Shown: one piece after another, positions 6,763 through 9,747 of the stretch
Numbering within the stretch: the stretch's first letter is position 1
How the letters are laid out: each line of letters starts with the position of its first letter
Origin: an uncultured archaeon
GTDB lineage: Archaea > Asgardarchaeota > Jordiarchaeia > Jordiarchaeales > Jordiarchaeaceae
NCBI GenBank assembly: GCA_964510585.1
Contig: CAZECW010000041.1
Span: 1-9,747 of the forward strand
Length of the DNA stretch: 9,747 bases
Direction of reading: 5' to 3'
Position numbers and translations under genes: made by a program
Notes under the pieces: generated by a model
What the model saw: the letters and a program-made list of their open reading frames with translations, nothing else
Told to the model about the DNA's origin: nothing
Database searches by the model: none

Positions 6763-9295
6763 TCTTCTCAGCCTCAATAATGGCTTTAACGCGACCCCCA
6801 CCCAGAGAAGGGGGAAGTTTGTCAATTAATTCGACGATTTCCCTCTTACTCATAGAACCTCCGATAACCAATTTTAGTTTAACTACGGAAATTGTGGGTT
6901 TTCTGATGTTCAAGGACTTGACAAATGTCTCAAATGATTTGAAATCCTTAAAAGTTCCGTCTGAGAATTCCAGTTCGACTTCCTTCACCTGCACACTATC
7001 TGGAACTTTTCTCTCTACATCAACAGATAAACTGTACGGAGATGAATGTTCAGATATTTCAATCTGTAGTGGAACTTTTCTCTTTTCTTCCTCTTCGATA
7101 GATCCAACCTTTGTTTCAGCAAACGATTCAGTAGGCTTAAATGTCCTATCGGTAATTTCCCTAGCTTTCTTTTCTTTGACCTTTTCCTCTGTGATAATTT
7201 CTTCCGGGGAGGGAACATACTTACTCAAGATAACCTTCGTATCGTCTTTAAAAGATGGAAGGGGATCTGGTGTACGTGAACGCTTACCTCTGTATTCTAT
7301 CACTATCTTGTCTTGTGCATAAAGGGATCTTAGTGCTTCCTCAAGAAGGGCTTCGACTACAACTATGGGTTTACCTGGAGTAGCCTTAAAGTCATACCTT
7401 ATGTCTTCCAGTTTAAGTCCACTACCCTTCCCTTCAAGATGCTTAAGAATTTCACTACGAATTGTTTCGGTATCGTAACTTGCTTTAACGGTGGATCTTA
7501 CTTCATCTAAGTTGCATGGAACAAGTCGGTACTTAATTTCCCCATTCTCAAATCCCGTGACTCTAACCCAATAACCATAAAAATCAGAGAGCTTCTCCTT
7601 CAAGAACCTGCTGTCACGGTCTCTAAGCTTGTCAAGAAGGGTTTTATTCTCTCCTGAAATTTCACTCTCGTACTGTTCACATAGTCGAAGTCTTTCAGCT
7701 ATAACCAGCAAGTCTTCATTTTTTGTTAAATCCCCGCTTTTAGGAACGTACAAGATTAATCTGTTAGCGAATTTCTTCCCACTGTAAAATTTATTGATTT
7801 CAGATTGATTTAAAGTCTTAAGTGAAACAACTATTCTTATGCGATCAGCTTCAGCTCCCTCTATATCGTCGCAGTACCCACTATCGGGATGATATATGAT
7901 ATAGGAGGATTCTTTTCTTATTCTTGACTTAATTATGTCCAGAGCATCTTTTGTTTTTCCTCTGCTAATGGTCTCAATGGCCTTATTCTGAATTAGTGTA
8001 ACTATGTTTGCCTGGTATCCAATAATGTATCTGCTATCCCTGATCCAAATGTGGGATGATATGTTTGGCAAATCTAAAAGAACAGAATCGATGTCGTTAA
8101 TGTTCATTCCTGGTCGAAGCGCACCTAAAATAACATCATTTCTTGAGGCTCCGATACCTTTGCCTTCGCCAAACGAATAAAGCAAAATAGTATTTAACAA
8201 ACTTCTCACATTATCTTTTCCTATGAGCTCCGCATCCTTCTGTGCATTTTCTGTGAGAATTCTATCAAGCGATAATAGATCTCCTTCGCTCATATCAATG
8301 TCAGAGGTCAAAATCATATCCACATTTTCATATTTTTTTGCAATAACTGAAGCCAATAAGCAAAGAACACCACGTGTATTCTGGTAATTGGGGGAGCTAC
8401 TATATCTGGTCAATAGAGTATCCATTAGTTCTGGATGTATTGGATATAATTCAATCATTCGCTGTTCATATAGTGGCGAGTTTACTATCTCAACTTCTGA
8501 ATCGCGATAATGTTTAACATACGAGCTTACAATTCTGGAGGCAGCCTTCTTATCAATTTCCTCAAAGATTCGGAATAGGATAATTTTGTGTCTATCCTTT
8601 GACAACGTCAAATTTTCGCGGTAAGGCTCAACTCGATTTATCCTTGCTAATATTTCACTCACTTCCCCATACAAAGAGCAGAATACCAGTAACTTGGAAT
8701 TTTCTTCACATGCAATCTCCGCCAATACTTGAAGAAAATTTAGGTTGTTCTCCTTGTCTTTGACTCCTCTATACCAGCTTTCAACTTCGTCCATAATAAT
8801 GACAGTAAGTTCCCTATCTGCTAACGCCTTTTTAAGCAGCCCACTTCCAGGAAAAGTTGTGATTTCTTTCAACAAATTATCTTTGCCAAGACCATGAAAG
8901 ATAGGCTCCCAAAGGTGATTTGGGGGATAATCCATCAGAGAAAAAGCCAAAACAGCGGAGCCTTCTGGTAGACTCAAGCTCATATTATTATCTTTAATCC
9001 ACTTTTCTCCAATATGTGGACTCTTGAATAAGTGGTACAAAAGACACAGAATGCGGCTCTTACCGGTACCGAAACCACCCATTATTTCAAAGAAACCTTT
9101 ACTACTGGTTCCCTTCAGTTTCTCATCTATTGCCTTTAACAAATTTCTTATTTCAACCGAAGGGTAGGTTCCGTCAAAAATGTATTGAGGATTTTCCTCC
9201 TTCCCATGTTCAAATATACCTCTTAAACTATCCCAACCGTGTATATCCCCCTTTACTACATCATCTCTAAGCTTAACCACATCAGCTATTTTCAT
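6755..9295 (-). CDS. DUF499 / COG1483 AAA+ ATPase (BrxC/PglY-related), 846 aa
   Basis: N-terminal LRDDVVKG...IFDGTYP, Walker A GGFGTGKS, Walker B VIIMDEVE and the YPIHPEL motif (YPFHP in DUF499/BrxC). The start is placed at ATG 9295 (MKIADVVK) because GGTGA lies at 9300-9304; the track's ATG 9334 has no SD. Confidence 0.85.
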   Translation of the reverse strand: MKIADVVKLRDDVVKGDIHGWDSLRGIFEHGKEENPQYIFDGTYPSVEIRNLLKAIDEKLKGTSSKGFFEIMGGFGTGKSRILCLLYHLFKSPHIGEKWIKDNNMSLSLPEGSAVLAFSLMDYPPNHLWEPIFHGLGKDNLLKEITTFPGSGLLKKALADRELTVIIMDEVESWYRGVKDKENNLNFLQVLAEIACEENSKLLVFCSLYGEVSEILARINRVEPYRENLTLSKDRHKIILFRIFEEIDKKAASRIVSSYVKHYRDSEVEIVNSPLYEQRMIELYPIHPELMDTLLTRYSSSPNYQNTRGVLCLLASVIAKKYENVDMILTSDIDMSEGDLLSLDRILTENAQKDAELIGKDNVRSLLNTILLYSFGEGKGIGASRNDVILGALRPGMNINDIDSVLLDLPNISSHIWIRDSRYIIGYQANIVTLIQNKAIETISRGKTKDALDIIKSRIRKESSYIIYHPDSGYCDDIEGAEADRIRIVVSLKTLNQSEINKFYSGKKFANRLILYVPKSGDLTKNEDLLVIAERLRLCEQYESEISGENKTLLDKLRDRDSRFLKEKLSDFYGYWVRVTGFENGEIKYRLVPCNLDEVRSTVKASYDTETIRSEILKHLEGKGSGLKLEDIRYDFKATPGKPIVVVEALLEEALRSLYAQDKIVIEYRGKRSRTPDPLPSFKDDTKVILSKYVPSPEEIITEEKVKEKKAREITDRTFKPTESFAETKVGSIEEEEKRKVPLQIEISEHSSPYSLSVDVERKVPDSVQVKEVELEFSDGTFKDFKSFETFVKSLNIRKPTISVVKLKLVIGGSMSKREIVELIDKLPPSLGGGRVKAIIEAEKIA

Positions 9296-9299
9296 AAAA

Positions 9300-9304
9300 T
9301 CACC
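9300..9304 (-). promoter_or_regulatory. Ribosome-binding site GGTGA for the ATPase
   Basis: 4 nt upstream of ATG 9295. Confidence 0.65.
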
Positions 9305-9400
9305 GTAAAGGTAATGAAATATTTCTGTTGGCATATGGATAGGGCGCGCTACTAGTTATTGTGGCGCACATCTCCGCTCGTGGAGACTGATACATCAACA

Positions 9401-9409
9401 TTTTTTATA
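9401..9409 (-). promoter_or_regulatory. Putative TATA box (TATAAAAAA) for the defence operon
   Basis: Just downstream of the 9415 stop, preceded by purines (AAGGGG), in the only intergenic gap ahead of the operon. Confidence 0.35.
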
Positions 9410-9414
9410 CCCCC

Positions 9415-9729
9415 TTACCGCACAATTAGCTCTTTTAACTTTTCATTGGCATCTTCATTGGCGAAGAAGTTATCCTCAGTAACAAGAACGGAACTATAAT
9501 AAATTGCACCAGCTTTATGAGTTCTTAAAACACCTCTTAATTTTTTATGAAATCTTACACTTATGGGCAAGAGTTCGTTCAAGTAAAAGTCCCATTTACG
9601 CTTGTCATCCCAATTAGCGGTATCAATGATCTCTATGGCCACTCCCTTTTCCCGCAGCTTTTCAGCTAGTTCTTTTGCCTCTTGGATTCGCTTACTTTCA
9701 AGCATCGAATCATAGAGAAATTTAAGCAT
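9415..9729 (-). CDS. Hypothetical protein, 104 aa (possible Cys-less thioredoxin-like alpha/beta fold)
   Basis: Clean ORF with GGAGG RBS at 9737-9741 and natural composition. The apparent beta-alpha-beta-alpha-beta-beta-alpha pattern is judged by eye. Confidence 0.7.
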   Translation of the reverse strand: MLKFLYDSMLESKRIQEAKELAEKLREKGVAIEIIDTANWDDKRKWDFYLNELLPISVRFHKKLRGVLRTHKAGAIYYSSVLVTEDNFFANEDANEKLKELIVR

Positions 9730-9736
9730 TTTACTT

Positions 9737-9741
9737 CCTCC
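9737..9741 (-). promoter_or_regulatory. Ribosome-binding site GGAGG for the 104-aa gene
   Basis: 7 nt upstream of ATG 9729. Confidence 0.6.
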
Positions 9742-9747
9742 AAATTG

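Larger units (their letters stand above)
2940..9295 (-). other. Four-gene BREX-related defence operon: DUF499 ATPase - PglZ-like - DUF1156 methyltransferase - BrxB-like
   Basis: Same strand, overlapping stop/start codons (8-nt overlap at 6755-6762; ATGA at 5902-5905 and 3332-3335), and an SD motif before each start. Confidence 0.8.

Noticed and set aside
6763-6825. Longer PglZ N-terminus from TTG 6825
   Set aside because: It would overlap the ATPase by 71 nt with no SD. TTG 6762 has an SD-like motif and a typical short overlap.
6605-7322. ORFs 6605-6829 (+), 6780-7322 (+, 180 aa) and 7015-7218 (-)
   Set aside because: Antisense or alternate-frame shadows. The Ser/Phe/Leu-rich 180-aa frame is the expected complement of Glu/Lys-rich codons in the ATPase linker.
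2940-9295. Calling the operon canonical BREX type 1 or a type I/III RM system
   Set aside because: No recognisable BrxA, BrxL, PglX, HsdS, HsdM or Res helicase. The ATPase and MTase are DUF499- and DUF1156-type.
9296-9334. Longer ATPase N-terminus from ATG 9334
   Set aside because: No SD, whereas GGTGA sits 4 nt before ATG 9295.
1-9747. CRISPR array, tRNA, rRNA, integrase or att site
   Set aside because: No regularly spaced repeats, cloverleaf or recombinase motifs found by eye on either strand.

Overview
Probably an archaeal chromosomal window (inferred from GGTGA/GAGGTGA ribosome-binding sites, TATA/BRE-like promoters and an archaeal-type IS6 fragment) with two compositionally different parts. 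Part 1 (1-~2300) is host-like DNA with a strong A+C bias on the + strand. It holds the 5' end of a frameshifted IS6-family transposase that the ORF track missed, a DUF849/BKACE-family gene with an altered active site flanked by diverged direct repeats, and a possible decayed membrane-protein gene. Part 2 (~2310-9747) looks like a defence island. It holds a decayed PD-(D/E)xK HsdR_N-like nuclease on + and, on -, a translationally coupled four-gene operon: DUF499 ATPase, a small stand-alone PglZ phosphodiesterase-like protein, a DUF1156/COG1743 Zn-ribbon N6-adenine methyltransferase, and a 131-aa protein I read as a minimal BrxB-like subunit. A 104-aa orphan gene lies upstream. The operon looks like a very compact BREX-related system with no helicase, BrxL or intact nuclease in the window. 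The methyltransferase ends in a PCNA-interacting (PIP)-like peptide. All family calls come from motif recognition by eye; no searches were run.
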